A DNA stretch of 64,000 nt from Zygnema circumcarinatum SAG 698-1b (Eukaryota > Plantae > Zygnematophyceae): positions 186,001-250,000 of the forward strand of contig CM074816.1 in assembly GCA_037447605.1 (NCBI GenBank), written 5' to 3'. Below, piece by piece: positions 40,829 through 57,247 of this stretch. Positions within the stretch are counted from its first letter, which is position 1; each line of letters starts with the position of its first letter. The notes beneath the pieces were generated by a model. It was not told the DNA's origin and made no database searches. It saw only the letters and a list, made by a program, of their open reading frames with translations. Made by a program: the position numbers and the translations under genes.

Positions 40829-43800
40829 TCCCTTGTGTCTGCGTATCCCCTCTCTCTCTCACTCTCTCTCTCTATGTACCTATCTCTATCTGTATGCCTC
40901 TCTCGCACGTTCCCTGCTGATGACCCGGGCAGAGAGAGCCTGGTCCCTATAAAGAAAGAGAGGGAGAGTGAGGTAAAGTGGGAGGGAGGGAGAGAGTGGC
41001 GAGGGAGAGGGAGAGGGCGAGGGAGAAGATCTCCGCGGGTCCCTGGCTGCCGGCGGAGGGACTGTGGTAGGGGGACGGTCGCGGCGGTTGCCGCCTTTGA
41101 ACTCGCCGCCGTCGAAGGGGGGCGGGCGGGCGGCAGATGTCGGTGGCCAATCAGAGGAGGGCTGGAGGGTGACAGGACCAATTAGGGGACGGCACGAGGC
41201 GGGAGGGCCAATGGGAGAGTGCGATCGCACGTACTAAATTTACATTATACTTAGCGTGACGGACGGAGGGGTTCGAGCCAGCCGCGGCGGCAGGGGGGCG
41301 AAAATAATTGGGGGAGCAGGTGGCGGTCAGTGATTGGCGGAGAAAGTTGGAGTGACGTGTTGAGGAGTCGGGCTGCCCGAAACATAAATTATTTGAGGGG
41401 GAGGGGACAGCGAAAAGAGGGCTGCCATGTGGCAGGGTCGAATTGGTAGATCTGCCACGTGGCTGTCATATATTGGCTCACGAGAGGCGGCGCGGGTGGT
41501 GATTGGTCGAGAGCAGATTCGGCAAAGTTGTTGACCTGGCGGACCGAGGCTGACCGCTGGCGTAGGGGATCCGGCAACGGCTAGTTTTGTGTACGGACAT
41601 TCTTTTTGGACTGCCCGTGACACAAGGAGCGTTGTGAGTGGAGGAAAAGCGTGAGGAGGAAACGTTTGACTGCCTGCCCGGAGACTTTTCCTTTGAATTC
41701 TGCGGCGCGTCCAAAGGCGCGGGCAGGTGCCCCAACGCGGCCGCAAAGGCCAAATGGCCAACCGCCGGCAACCGAAATGGACGGATCGAAACCGCTAACT
41801 GACGGCCGTGGGCTTGACCGGGCGGCAGGCAGCAGGTACTCCGCCACCATTGAAATTCTTGTCGTGTACCAACCACAACCGACTTCCAGCGAAGTAGCTC
41901 CTAGGGATGCGTCACCTACTTCGAATAAACGACAAAATGATTAACAACCGATATCCGTACGATCTTCACCTGAACCTCCAACAGAATCGCCTGGACGTTG
42001 TGGCGGGGTCCACAAAAGTCCAAATCCTGGGTCGGCAAGTTCTGCCTCTGCGCCGGTCAACGACGCGGTTGGCAGTTAACCAGTTACTCCCCCTGCGCCC
42101 ACAATCAGCCAAAATTGCCGTACGCTAATGTGGAAAAAATTAACTAAACGACAGAAGACTGTACGGCACATCGTCGGCAAGGGGTGCTTCCACGTGTTCT
42201 CGTGCGAGAAAGCTCCCTGATTGGCTAAGATCCGCACAAGGTCCAATCTTACCAGCTGGCATGTATTGTCCTATTAGGCCCACATGGGAAAACCTGCGAA
42301 TGGCGAGCGGGCGTTAGCCCCCACGTGCTGCGGCGCGGCGTCGCGTCACTCCTTTGTCGTCTATCGTAGGCGGCGCAACGTCCGTCCGTACAAATTTACC
42401 TGCACTTGACGCCAAATCATTGGACTTGCTCGAGCACCTTTCACAACATAGAAACGCCCTAATTTTCTTTGGAAGGGGCCGTTTCGGCCCAGAAAGTGGA
42501 ACATTTCTATAATTTCTATTCACTGCAGGGACCATATTATTTTTTTTGGAAGTGTCGTTGCAGTTTTAGCACGTGTCAACCGCTCTCCCCATTGGAGAAC
42601 GTCCTCACCGGCGGGCAGCCCGGAAATTATCGCACCGACAAAACCATCTGCGCTTCATAGTCGCCGCGTAACGACGAATCAGAACTGAACCTGAATCTCA
42701 CCTGCGATCTATGCCATTTTTGCACATAACCCGTTGCAAATCCCGTCAAAAGTTCGACTTGTAAACTGAACAGTCGATCTGCCTACATAAAGCACCACTC
42801 CTACACACTCGTATGACCGTACACGTTTGTTCGTTAGCGTCTCCTCTTGTTTTCTTCAGGCGGCTACAAGCAGAGTTCCGGCCATTTGTGGTCCCGTTCA
42901 CATTGCCCTTCACAATGTCGTTGTCCCTGTCCCATGCTCATGAGTATGGATGGCATTATCGCCATACGCATGACCATTCACCACTTCGCCACTTGCATCT
43001 CATTGGGTATGCAGATTTGCAGTGTTTTTCCGCAGCCTTCAAGTATTAGTTTTGAGTCTTTTAGTGAATTGGGCAATGGGAGGCGATCGTTCTTTGTGAG
43101 GCACAAAGCGAATAGAATAGAACTTTGAGCATTGGATCGAGGAAGGTCTGTCTACAAATGATTGTTCATATTGAGAAGTACACATAAGGTGATGAATTTG
43201 CAACATAGGGGTGGCCAAAGTCGAAACGAGTTGTTGGCTCCTATTAGGTATTAGGGTTGCCTCTTCTTGGTTTTCATTTCAGGAAGGAATCACCACCGTA
43301 CTCTCTTCTCGTCCGTACATAAGCGCATCTTTCTCTTTACATTTTATGGCGCCACTTTCGTGCGTTCAAAGCGATTTTCGTATTACTTTTTAAGGACGCG
43401 AAATGCTTCAACATGCAGTCTGAAGTCTGCCTCCAAGCAGCCATAATTACAGCTTGCAGCGGCCCTCCATGCGCGCAATATGTCCTCGTCTCAACAACAA
43501 GCGTCCGTTCTTTCGAAATAAAAAATTTCCAAACCTGTTTCCCATTTTAACCACATCAACAGGACATATTTTTCATGTTATTTTTTTTTGGGTACTTCAC
43601 TTCTTTCTCCATAGAGAACGACCTCAGTGAAGGCAGCCATGGCGGCGGCCGCCATGGCTTCTGAGCTCCAAATTTCGCCTGAAGAGGAAGGGAAAGGCGG
43701 AAGTTCATATTTCAGAGCTTTGCAAAGTACTGAATCCGAAAAGTACTGGTTTTGAAAAGCGCTTTCTAAATTACGATGGATCTATTGCGATGCGATATGG

Positions 43801-44125
43801 CCGTTGGATTTGTCGGTGGAGTGACACGATGTTGCCACGTGGGAAATGACGCAGAGAAAATTGAACAGACAGATACACGTGGCAGTCGAAGAGGGCGTTG
43901 GCTGGTGACATGGCTGAAAAGAAAGTGACACGTGGCGAGCGCCCCGGAAGATTGGCGGAGTTCCTGCCCGAAAAGTCGGTCAGGGCACTGAAAGTTGTAA
44001 ACCAATAGGAGCCTGCCGTGGCACCTGCGGTAAAGATCCGGTCAGTGACAGAAATAGTTTACGGCGGAGGCAGCAGCCGCGCTGCATGCTTGAACACGTA
44101 GAAAAAGTGGAAGTACAGTACTGTA

Positions 44126-44316
44126 CAGTAGACCCCCCCAATATTTTCGCCATGGTTTCGGCAAATATTGGGCGAAAATATTGGGTAGCGAAAATATAAG
44201 GGTGCGTGTTAACAATAGGCGGGCAGTATTATATTAAAAAGTGGTTTTGGCAAATTCAGGGCGAAAATATTGGGGAGCGAAAATAAGAGGGGCGAAAATA
44301 TTGGGAGGGTCTACTG
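44126..44316. mobile_element. 191-bp MITE, Tc1/mariner(pogo)-type ends, TA target-site duplication
   Basis: TA|CAGTAGACCCCCCCAATATTTTCGCC ... GGCGAAAATATTGGGAGGGTCTACTG|TA (26-bp TIR, 1 mismatch); internal GCGAAAATA(T) subterminal repeats. Confidence 0.85.
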
Positions 44317-44385
44317 TATATGGACTTCTACGGACACGTACGGACTTGTCTGATGTCGACGGGTAATGGCAGCTTTAAGAGAAGC

Positions 44386-44501
44386 TATTTACACACCTTT
44401 CTTGATATACACACACCCTTTTCAATTGGTCATATTGTAGGGTTTGATGGTTTTCATTTAACCAAAAAGGTGTATAGCTAGCCGAAAAAGGTGTGTAAAT
44501 A
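44386..44501. repeat. 15-bp perfect inverted repeat TATTTACACACCTTT enclosing about 86 bp (possible second MITE)
   Basis: 44386-44400 versus 44487-44501; partial internal copies. Confidence 0.55.
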
Positions 44502-45127
44502 ATTTTCATTTTTTGGCCGTCTGCCACGTGTCAGCCAGCCATTAGCCGACTCCGCCACGGCTATTAAGGCTATTGTTGCTGATTTTTCTCGAACACCCGT
44601 TCATCTGAATCTGGAACTGAGCTGAGCAGCATGGAGCGCGATACTACCCTTCTGGACTGCAAAAATGCGGCTTTTGGGGAGCAGGCGGAAGGCAGAGAGG
44701 GGAGGGAGCAGGGAGGGAGGGAGGGAGGGAGGGAGGGGCCTTCAAGGGAGGGAGCTCGTTCTATTGCGAAGGCAGGCAGCCACGATGAAGCCTTAAAGCG
44801 CTGCTTTTTTTTTGGGGGAGTAAAATAAACTGAAGGTAAGCTTCAGATGACACGTGTTTCCCTCTCTCTCTCTTCACCCTTTTTTTTTTGCTATTTTCTC
44901 GAAAAATTGAAAGGGGGCCGACTCTACTCCATTTATTTCGGTCCACAGAAAGGAAACCACGAACGCATCCCGAACGCATTTACGGATCAAAGCCCACATG
45001 TGACACCAGCCGCGTCTCCAACAAGCAAAGGAAGCAAAAGCAACAAAAGCTCAGTGCTGCGAAACCTAATCCCCCTCTCCTTTTATTTTTTCCCCCTATT
45101 TTCGCTAACTGTCGAGAGAGCATCGCG

Positions 45128-48100
45128 TCATCTGTCCCACCCCGAACGCCGCCTCCTTTCTCGGCCCCTGTCACCCCTAAAAACCGTATGTACAAAGCAA
45201 GATAAGTATAAGAAAAAAACAGATTAAGAAATAAAGTAAAAAGGGGGGGAGAAAGCAGCAGCAGCAGCATCAACAGGGGTTCATTCCCTCCCCTCCCATC
45301 ACTCACCGGTTTTCCTCCTCTCCCGCATCTCTCTCTCGTGTCCGCTCCCTCTCCCTCCCTCTCTCCGATTCCTTCTCTCTCTCTCCCCCTCTCTGCTCGC
45401 TATCGCGTTCCCTCCCCCCTCTCTCTCCCCCTTGCCTCTCACTGTACCCCCCTCCTCCCACAGCTCCTGCACCCGCCCCATATCCGGCCATCTGGGCCAC
45501 TCCCCAGCTGCCACCTGTCCCTCCCGGGACCGCCACTCCCTGCCCGTAAAACCCCCCCATTCCCTGCCCTGCCATGAACCCCTGCATAGCCTGTCCGTAC
45601 ATCCCCCCTCCAACATTTCCACCTGAAAAACCACCTGCTCTCTGTTGCTTCTCTGCTGCAGCCCTAACCGCCGCCACCTGTGCCGCCGCCGCTAAAGCCG
45701 CGGGAGTAAGGCCCAATCCCGTGCTGCCAGGTGGCGGTCCCTGAGGGGCCGCTGCCGGGACAGGTGTCGCGTTCCCAGTGGGCGCGTTCGCATTATATGA
45801 AGCCGAAGCTCCTGCTGAGCTGGCAGCGACAAAGGAGCTTTTGAACTTCATCATCATCCCGGTCTTAAGGGCTCCCATGGCGGTCCCTCGACTCGGAATC
45901 GGTACACTGCGCTCGGGGGGGGGAGGGGGGTCTGTCTGCCGGGCAATGCTGGAACCGCCTGAAGGAGGGAGGGGGGTGGTTTGGCGCGACGAGGGCGCTG
46001 TACTGGTTTTGGGTTCGGAGGCGTATCCGAGACCCAGACCAAAGTCAACGCCTCGTTGACCGCGGCCGCCGCCTCCTCCTGATTGGCTCCTCCCTCCTTT
46101 ACCGCGGCCTGTACGGTAGCGTCAGGTGAAATAACAGAAAGGTAAGGTGATAAGAAGCCAAAGAAGTAGAAAGTTCAGGAGAAAAGAACATAAAAAAGTG
46201 GAGGTGGAGTAATCAAGAACACGGAAAAAGAATGTTCTGATTTCCTTCGCAGAGCTTTTGTTGTAAGGCGAAGCCCCTCTCTCTTTTATGGGAAAAAGGA
46301 CTCTCTTGGGTAAAGAAAACCCTAAAAACTCCAAAATGTTAACTGTTTCCAAAGAATTTGGAAAGTTGAAATTTTGTTCAAGACTGACCTCCTTTGCCCG
46401 GTCGTCCCTCCTTTTGAGTTCTGAATCGGCCGTCCTGCAGATTCACCATAATCCCCACTTTCTCCATTATCTTAAATCATACCATTACCCCATAGATCAC
46501 ACGTTTCTATGTAACAACAACACCTAAATCTTCACATCGAAACTCAAAAAATCAATGTCAGCAAACTGCATTACACCAGATAAGCCCACCCCTACTCGAG
46601 TCTAAAACTTTCTCGAAAGTGAACCAAACCTCGACTTAACAGTGAATGGAAGCATTGGAATCGACCCCCTGAGAGACTTCCGAGGATTTTCTGAGAGAGA
46701 AAAACAAACTTGAAAAGAAACCCATAGTTTTAGAAAAGTTCAGTTTAAAGGAAAAAGAGCAAGTAAGCACCTTCATAGCAAGTTCCATAAGTTCGGGAGA
46801 AGCAATTTGTCCTGCAGCTATTAAGCTCTGAAGTAGCTCTCCTGCCATTCTTGCCTCCTTTTGAGTCACAAGAGTGAAGGCAACTCCACTCTTATCTCCT
46901 GCTCTTCCTGTCCTACCAATTCGATGAACATATGAATCCATATCTTTCGCCATATCGTAGTTTATAACCGACTTGATCGACTTAATATCGAGCCCTCTAG
47001 CAGCCACATCTGTTGCTACCAATACATGTAACTTTTGGGCTTTGAAATCTTTCAAAACCTCCATTCTGGAAGACTGGTCTTTGTCTCCGTGAAGGGCTGC
47101 TACTTTGAAATTATTCGCTACTAATTTGGCCTCTAATTCCTCAACCCTCACTTTTGTACTTGCAAAAACTAGCACTTCACCTTCGTCTACTCGTTCAGGA
47201 AGATGACTAATAAGCCACGGAAGCTTATCTGCATCGCTTTGAAGCACATGCACATGCTGAGTGATATCTTCATTGGCTCTCCCAACCTCTCCCACTGTGA
47301 TTCGAACAGGCACTCCCACAATATCTCGAGCTAATCTCTCTACTTTCCGAGGCATAGTGGCTGAAAACAAAAGAGTCTGCCTTTCAGGTCGAATTTGCCC
47401 TACAACCGATCGAACTTGCGGTTCAAACCCTAAATCAAGCATGTGATCTGCTTCATCCAAAACCAAATATGTGGTCCTCATTAAACTCACTGCTTTCATT
47501 TTGATCATATCTATAAGCCGACCGGGAGTGGCTACCACAACTTCACATCCTGCTTTCAGCTCTTTGAATTGCTCAAATTTTGACATTCCTCCATACACCC
47601 CCGAAACACGCAGCCCATATGCTCGTCCGAATTTTTTTGTTTCTGTGTATATTTGCTGAGCTAATTCTCTTGTAGGAGCTAAAATTAATCCTATTGGTCC
47701 TTCCCCTTTCTTCACCTCCGGCTGATCCATAATGTGAACGATCATTGGCAAAACAAAAGCTGCTGTTTTTCCTGATCCTGTTTTTGCTACTCCAATCACA
47801 TCTCTTCCAGAAAGAATGATGGGCCAAGCTTGAGCTTGAATGGGAGTAGGTTTCTCATAGCCTTGCTTTGCTATAGCACCTAAAAGCGGAGCATCGAATC
47901 CTGCATGTTCAAACTTCTGCACGGGCCGAGGTACATCGAATCCGGACACTCTAATTCCCAACTGCTGTCTGAACCCTAAAATTTCAGCTTCAGGAATTGC
48001 GGTAACTTGCGGATGCTCCTCATAGAACTGCTTTGCAAAATCGTCATATTCTATGAGGCTGTGGTCGACAGGAGGAAGTGGCTCGATCTTACTCTTCCCC

Positions 48101-48630
48101 ATTGTGACAATTGCATTATCGTCTGAATCATACTCCACATTCCCTGCATCAACAGCTTTTGCTGCTGCATAAACTTCTTCATCTGAATCATATCCTGCAG
48201 CTAAAGCATCTGCAGCGAGCGAAAGCCCTGCATTTTTTCTAGCAGACAAAAAACTTTCCATGGGATCCTCTTCATCTCCTTCAAAGTCTTCTCTCCGAGG
48301 CTTTGGATGACTCGGCTTGTTTTTGCTGCTTCCAGTAGTTACTTCTTCGTGTATCCCAGCCATAAAGGCATCCAAGGGGTCTACCTCCTCCTCCTCCTCC
48401 ATCTCCGTCTCCCTCTCTCCCTCCTTTCCTACATTCTTCAAATGCCCATTTCCTTCTCCCCCCACCTTTTCCTCATTGTGCTCATTATCCTCATCATCTC
48501 GGTATGCAATATTTTCCAGATCGGCATCTCCATCTCCTTCAGCTGAACGGCCATGTCGGGGAGGAGAAGGCAGATACATGGTTCTCTTGTAAGGATAAGC
48601 CTCTTCTCCCTCTGCTTTACGCTTAATCAT
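45128..48630 (-). CDS. DDX42: DEAD-box RNA helicase RH24 / DDX42 (SF3b125) orthologue. Exons 48630-46771, 46434-46389, 46108-45307, 45176-45128
   Basis: Q motif, AKTGSGKT, PTRELA, DEAD, SAT and HRIGRTGR; C-terminal DGRFR, GVDFGLGLGY, KFKSSFVAA and RSGWDR* typical of plant RH24. Confidence 0.93.
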
Positions 48631-49712
48631 CTCTATGCGACAGAGTAATGATTTTGCGAATCTTTACTTCCTCAAACAAACCAACCTGCTTAAACCCTCC
48701 AATAAGACACGAAAGAAGAGCACTATTGATTGGTGGAAAGCAAGAGTCGAGTTAAGAATGGTTGCGTCCCATGTTTCGACTGAGGTTCCTGTTACGGTTA
48801 CGGTTTCGGTTGGAACAAGACAGGTTTCTAAGGACAGACGAAGGACAAAGGCATTGACATGGGGGGGATAAAAAACGGGAGGGAGGGAAGCAGGGAGGGA
48901 GGGAAGGCCTACCAATCTATACAGGAAAAATCCTTCCAGACCCTAAAGCTTCGAAAAACGATTACAAGGATTCAAGCCCGTTGCTTCAGACTCCTGCGTA
49001 AAACAATTGAATTTTGAAACCCATTAACTACAATACGAAATAGAAAGCTTCCAGGACAGGATGACGGCGGCGCAAACACCCATCTCATTGCATGGCACAC
49101 CATGCATGCATGCATACATGCCAGGCAGGGCCGGCTCACCTGCGCTCTCACACGCGCGCGAGGGTCCTCCACGCGGCGCCCGAACGAGAGCTGCCCGCCA
49201 TGGCTGCCTCACGCCGGGGGGGGACGCGCTCGCGGGCGGGCGAGCAGGATCCATGAGCCAGTTCCACTGCGCGCGTGGAACAGCATAGAACTGAATCCGC
49301 ACAGCCCACAATAGGAACGCGAATTTACTTCATGTGTCGCAGCGTTGTAACAGTTTATAATGTCACATGTAACACTGTTACGCTATCTTCATATGTTTGC
49401 AGTTCCGTGTACATTTAGTGGCGTTCAGTTTACCGTACTTATCGTACATTGATGTACGGTATACGGGCCCTCTGGTCCCCGGCGAAGGCGTTGCTCGCTC
49501 TCCCGCTCACTTCTCTCTCGCTCGCTCTCTTTCTCTCTCTCTCTCCCCCTTTCCCTATGTCTCTCTTTCTCACCGTCGTTCCCTCCAATTCTCAATTCCT
49601 ATTCTGATTCACTCTCTCTCCCCTTTAATTTTTCTCTTCCTTTTCCTTTCTCTCCTCTCCCTCTCTCTCTCCCTCTCCCTCTCCTTCTCCCTCTCCCTCT
49701 CCCTCTCCCGCA

Positions 49713-51960
49713 ATGCTGGGCACCAGAGACCTCCGGGAGGGTTCAGACGGAGGCTCGGGAAGCTCGTCCGCATCTGGCCCGGGTTTCAGCCATGGCGGAG
49801 GGCCCCGCGCAGCCGCGGGGGGGGGGCGAAGGCGGCCCCATTCAGCGTTTGCGAGCCATAGTCTGCGGTGGTCAGCGTTCAAACGCTTCGCTTTCAGGAA
49901 GGAGGTGCGATATGGTTCTCTGCTACCTGAATTTTCAGTTTTAAGCTTTTGAATTTTAGTCTGAAATTCAAGGGTATTGGCACAGTTTATTGAAGATAAG
50001 GTTTGGCCCAAGTTTGTCCTTGCTTTCTATTTTAAATAACTGAATGTACGTAATTCTCGATTTTTGGGCCATCGCAGTGCAAATTCAATTCCTTCGTTAG
50101 TTGATGTTAATCTGTTCTATTTTCCAGTTCTGTTTTTTTTTTCCCCTCCAGAGTTCAAATCGTTTGAATTATCAAAAGACTAACTTTTCAACCCTTCCCT
50201 GCAAACCCGTAGAAGAAATGCAACCTGTTGACCGAGCCATACTTTCAAACCATGCCGGTGCCATACAGAATGTGCCCTTATAGCCTCCGATTCCCTCGCC
50301 CCCTTTTAACGATGACTAGACCTTCAAACTTTAACCTCCATGTTGTATCTGATCCTGAGTTTGCAGATTCAAAACATAAATGCTATTGCTTACTCCATGC
50401 ATGCATTACATAGTTGGTTCTCTTGTTATCTCTTTGCTTTCAATGTGACAGATGCTCTTCTGGTGGACACTTGGCGGCGTGGGAGTGGGCCTTGTTCTCG
50501 GCATAAGCCTCAGAGTGGCTCATCCTTCCAAGCCCACAATTGCAGTAATAGGTGGGCTTGTAAAAAACCTGAAGGAAGCTTTTGGAGACTTCAAGCCTTC
50601 TCAAAGCCCTTTAAACTGCATTTGAGGTTGCTATACCAGTCCTTCATTGCATTTGGAGTGCGAGATTTACTCATTCAGATCTGAGTTTGCCGCTATTGCA
50701 GAAGTTAGTCGATGTTGCATCTAGATGTGCTTGTTCTGAGTATGCTGTCTTCACAACTGTGGGTACTGAGATTCAGGGGGAGAGAGAGTGGTGGGGAAGG
50801 GAGAGAGAGAAAAGGGGGGGGAGGGGCGACGAGCGGAGAGAGGAGGGGAGAGAGAGATGGAGAGAGGAGAGCGAGATGAGACGAGATGAGAAGTGGAGAG
50901 AGAGACAAGAGTAGTGTCCAGGCAGGATAAAGAGTATCCATCTCTAGTGCGTTGTTAGGTTGATTTTTTTAGAGTTTGAAGGGGAATCCTTCATCTTATT
51001 GAACAAGAAGAGTGGGTCTGCATTGGCCAAATCGCACCGACTGCCATCTGCCACGTGTGCATGCTGAGGTGGCAGTGATGTGAGCGCAGCCTATCCCGGA
51101 GAGCTGCTAATGCGAGCCCTCCATGAGCTCGTCCTCCCTCTCTTCTCTCTCTCTCTCTTGTCGGGAGTTCTCAACCTCCGCCACACTACCTCTGGGTATT
51201 ATTTACTTTTCCCGATCCCAAAATTTTCGATGTATTTTAACGCTTTGAAACCTTACAGCCTCCGCTTAGAAAAGGTTAACGCCACTCTTTAAGCTCGTTT
51301 TTTGAAGTGTTCACAGTCGTTTAAGAGCACAGTCTTTGCAGCTGACTGACTTTGAAAGGTTTCCTGAAACAGCCCTTTCAGATGTGCTCGAATTGATTGT
51401 GTACACATATGGCCTTCAAAACGTAAACTGTAAAAGAACCGGAATTCGGAAACTGGACATTAAACTGGAAAACCGGAAATTTGGGTTGGTTTGTTTCAGG
51501 GCTGCTCGCATCACCAAGTGGGCTCTCACCTTCTATCTTCTCTCAATGTCACTTGCTGTAATGCTCGGAATTTTCCTCATGGTGGTAATACAACCCGGGA
51601 GAGGATCACCCTTTCAATCCCTCCCGGATGGTCTATGTGAGGAAAGAGGAACGGTGAAAATATCCCCTTCATCTTCCAGGTTGGTTTCTTTCTTCTAAAA
51701 AAAGTATTCCACTCTGCAGTGTGTCGAAAATTGAAGTTTAATGATTCAAGTTCAATGATCGAAAGGTTCAATGGACGATGTCAGAGTGGATCCAGGGCTT
51801 GGTGGAATCAGGCTTGGTGAAGATGAAGAGTTGATCAGCTCCCTCCTGGACATCGGTCGGCAGTTGTTTCCGGAAAACATTGTTCTTGCCGCCTCGCAGG
51901 ATCAATACCTCGGAGTTATTGTTTTTGTCATTTTCTTCGGCTCTGTCCTTGCAACTTTCG
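49713..51960 (+). CDS. Dicarboxylate/amino acid:cation symporter (DAACS/SDF/SLC1 family), N-terminal half only. Exons 49713-49904, 50452-50551, 51090-51195, 51500-51679, ~51785-51960
   Basis: TLGGVGVGLVLGISLR, AYPGELLMRALHELVLPL, FYLLSMSLAVMLGIFLMVVIQPG and SLLDIGRQLFPENIV...YLGVIVFVIFFG match TM1-4. No C-terminal exons found after the N gap at 52229-52328. Confidence 0.85.
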
Positions 51961-52328
51961 GTAAGGGCCTCTCTCTCACTCTCCCCCTCTCCCTCTCTCT
52001 TCTCTCTCCCTCTCCCTCTCTCTCTTCTCTCCCCCTCTCCCTCGCTCTCTCTTCTCTCCCCCTCTCCCTCTCTCACTCTTCTCTCCCCCTCTCCCTCTCT
52101 CTCGGGCGATTTATTACTCTCATTAGACATTGGAGAATGGGAGGGGATGAACTGAAATCCTTGGAGTTTAGGAAATCTTGATAGCACCAAATTTTATTGA
52201 AATCTCAGAAATTTGCAGCATAGAACAANNNNNNNNNNNNNNNNNNNNNNNNNNNNNNNNNNNNNNNNNNNNNNNNNNNNNNNNNNNNNNNNNNNNNNNN
52301 NNNNNNNNNNNNNNNNNNNNNNNNNNNN

Positions 52329-52387
52329 TCGAACTGGGGACCTCTAGTGTGTGAGACTAGCGTGATAACCAACTACACCAAGACGAC
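52329..52387 (-). tRNA. tRNA-Val(CAC), 3' end lost in N gap
   Basis: Same D arm and anticodon arm as the 57174-57247 copy, but the acceptor stem begins GTCGTCT rather than GTCCTCT. Confidence 0.8.
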
Positions 52388-53255
52388 TTCGATGTCCACA
52401 AAACGAAAGTCTAAAATGGCCGCGGACTGCCAAGGGACTGCTGGAGAGAGAGAGAGAGGCAGCGTGTTCGTGGCAACCAAAACTCCATTTGCTGACCCTC
52501 TCTTTCCATGGCCTGTCCGTGTGATGTGCATGATGGTGGCATGGGTATGCAGGCAAAGGTCGATGTGACTGCGAGGGTGAAGATTTTTACTTCTAAATGC
52601 ACTCAGAGGAAGGACGAGAAAGGCACGTGAGCTTCCCTGACGTAGGGAGGGAAGGAGGGGGGGGCAGGCACGAGTCAGGGAGGAGGGGAGCTGACGTGGA
52701 GCAGCGTAGGAGTGGAAAGAGAGAGAGGGTTTCACTCTGCTGAAAACTGCAGCAATTGCTGAGCTCAGTTTCGACCCAAAACTAAAATCAAAATTTCGGA
52801 GTGAAAAACACAAGTACATGAAAAAGCAACTCCTTGATTTCTTTGCATTAAACAAACAGTACATCGTATTGATAGCCCTTCAAACAGACAGCCTTCGGCC
52901 GTGGACTCTACAATAAAGCTAAAAGCTACATCTAAAGCTGAACCCAAAGCCCCTCTATTGAAAAAGCTTAGACACTAATCCCACTCCCAATGCGATCCAC
53001 ACCCTACCACCTCTTTCCTCGAAACCCCAGCAAAACCCACATCGTATTCAATGTACAAACGCCAAAAACCCCAAAACCCGCTCCCCCCCATGTGATCCCA
53101 AACCCCCCTAAACCCCCAAAACCTCCAAACCCCCCTAAACCCCCAAACCCCCCACAATCCTAACTGAGCTCAAAGCTCTTCGCGCTCTCCCCGAGCATGC
53201 TCCTTTCGCGCCGGAGTGACGCGAGCCCGGTGGCGCGCCGCCTGTGACGCGGTGG

Positions 53256-56553
<3,298 letters not shown>

Positions 56554-57173
56554 TGCTCCCCTGGTTTTTTTCTCACCCTCTTCTCTCTCCCGTGACCTGA
56601 CGCTACCACTCTCTCCCTCTGACTCTCCCACTCTCTCCCTCTGACTCTCCCACTCTCTCTCCCACTCTCTCCCCCTCTCTCTCTCCCTCCCTAGCTCCCC
56701 CGCAGACGTTGGCAACGCAAAGCAGCGAGGACTGAAACTGATGCAGTGCTACCGCTCTCCTCCGCCGCCGGCCCTTTTATGCGATCGCCGCCGCCGCAGC
56801 TGTCCCCCAACTCCCTTGTCGTTTTCGGCGCCACGGGTACGTCCGTCAGCTCAAAGCAGCTATGCTCCGCCACGTGGCGTCTCCTGAGTGGATATCTGTC
56901 ATGTGGAAGTCCCTTGATTGTTTGTTCCCGCTGTACGGACAAACTGACGGTACGGCCTCCAAGAGCTTTCGGTTTGCGCGAGCGCCCTCCCACAGTTACC
57001 GCCGGCCGTCGGTTCCGCTCCTCGTGGTTCTTAGAGATCAACTTTGAGATCCACCCGTGGAATCAGGCACGTTGAGAAATTGAACAAATTTTGTGCTCGC
57101 CAAAATTTGTAAATCTTTCGATTTCTCAAACTGTTTTGTATAGTATAATAAATTCAAATGATTATCGTTCACG

Positions 57174-57247
57174 TGTCCTCCCCCAGGCTCGAACTGGGGA
57201 CCTCTAGTGTGTGAGACTAGCGTGATAACCAACTACACCAAGAGGAC
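57174..57247 (-). tRNA. tRNA-Val, anticodon CAC, 74 nt, no intron
   Basis: Cloverleaf: GTCCTCT/GGAGGAC acceptor stem, D arm GTGT-AGTTGGTTA-TCAC, CTAGT-CTCACAC-ACTAG anticodon arm, CCCAG-TTCGAGC-CTGGG T arm. Confidence 0.97.

Noticed and set aside
41600-43800. Short ORFs and exon-like stretches in the long intergenic region
   Set aside because: No consistent gene model or known motif.
56691-57075. About 110-aa ORFs on both strands between the root-cap gene and tRNA-Val
   Set aside because: No recognisable domain; location matches the root-cap promoter.
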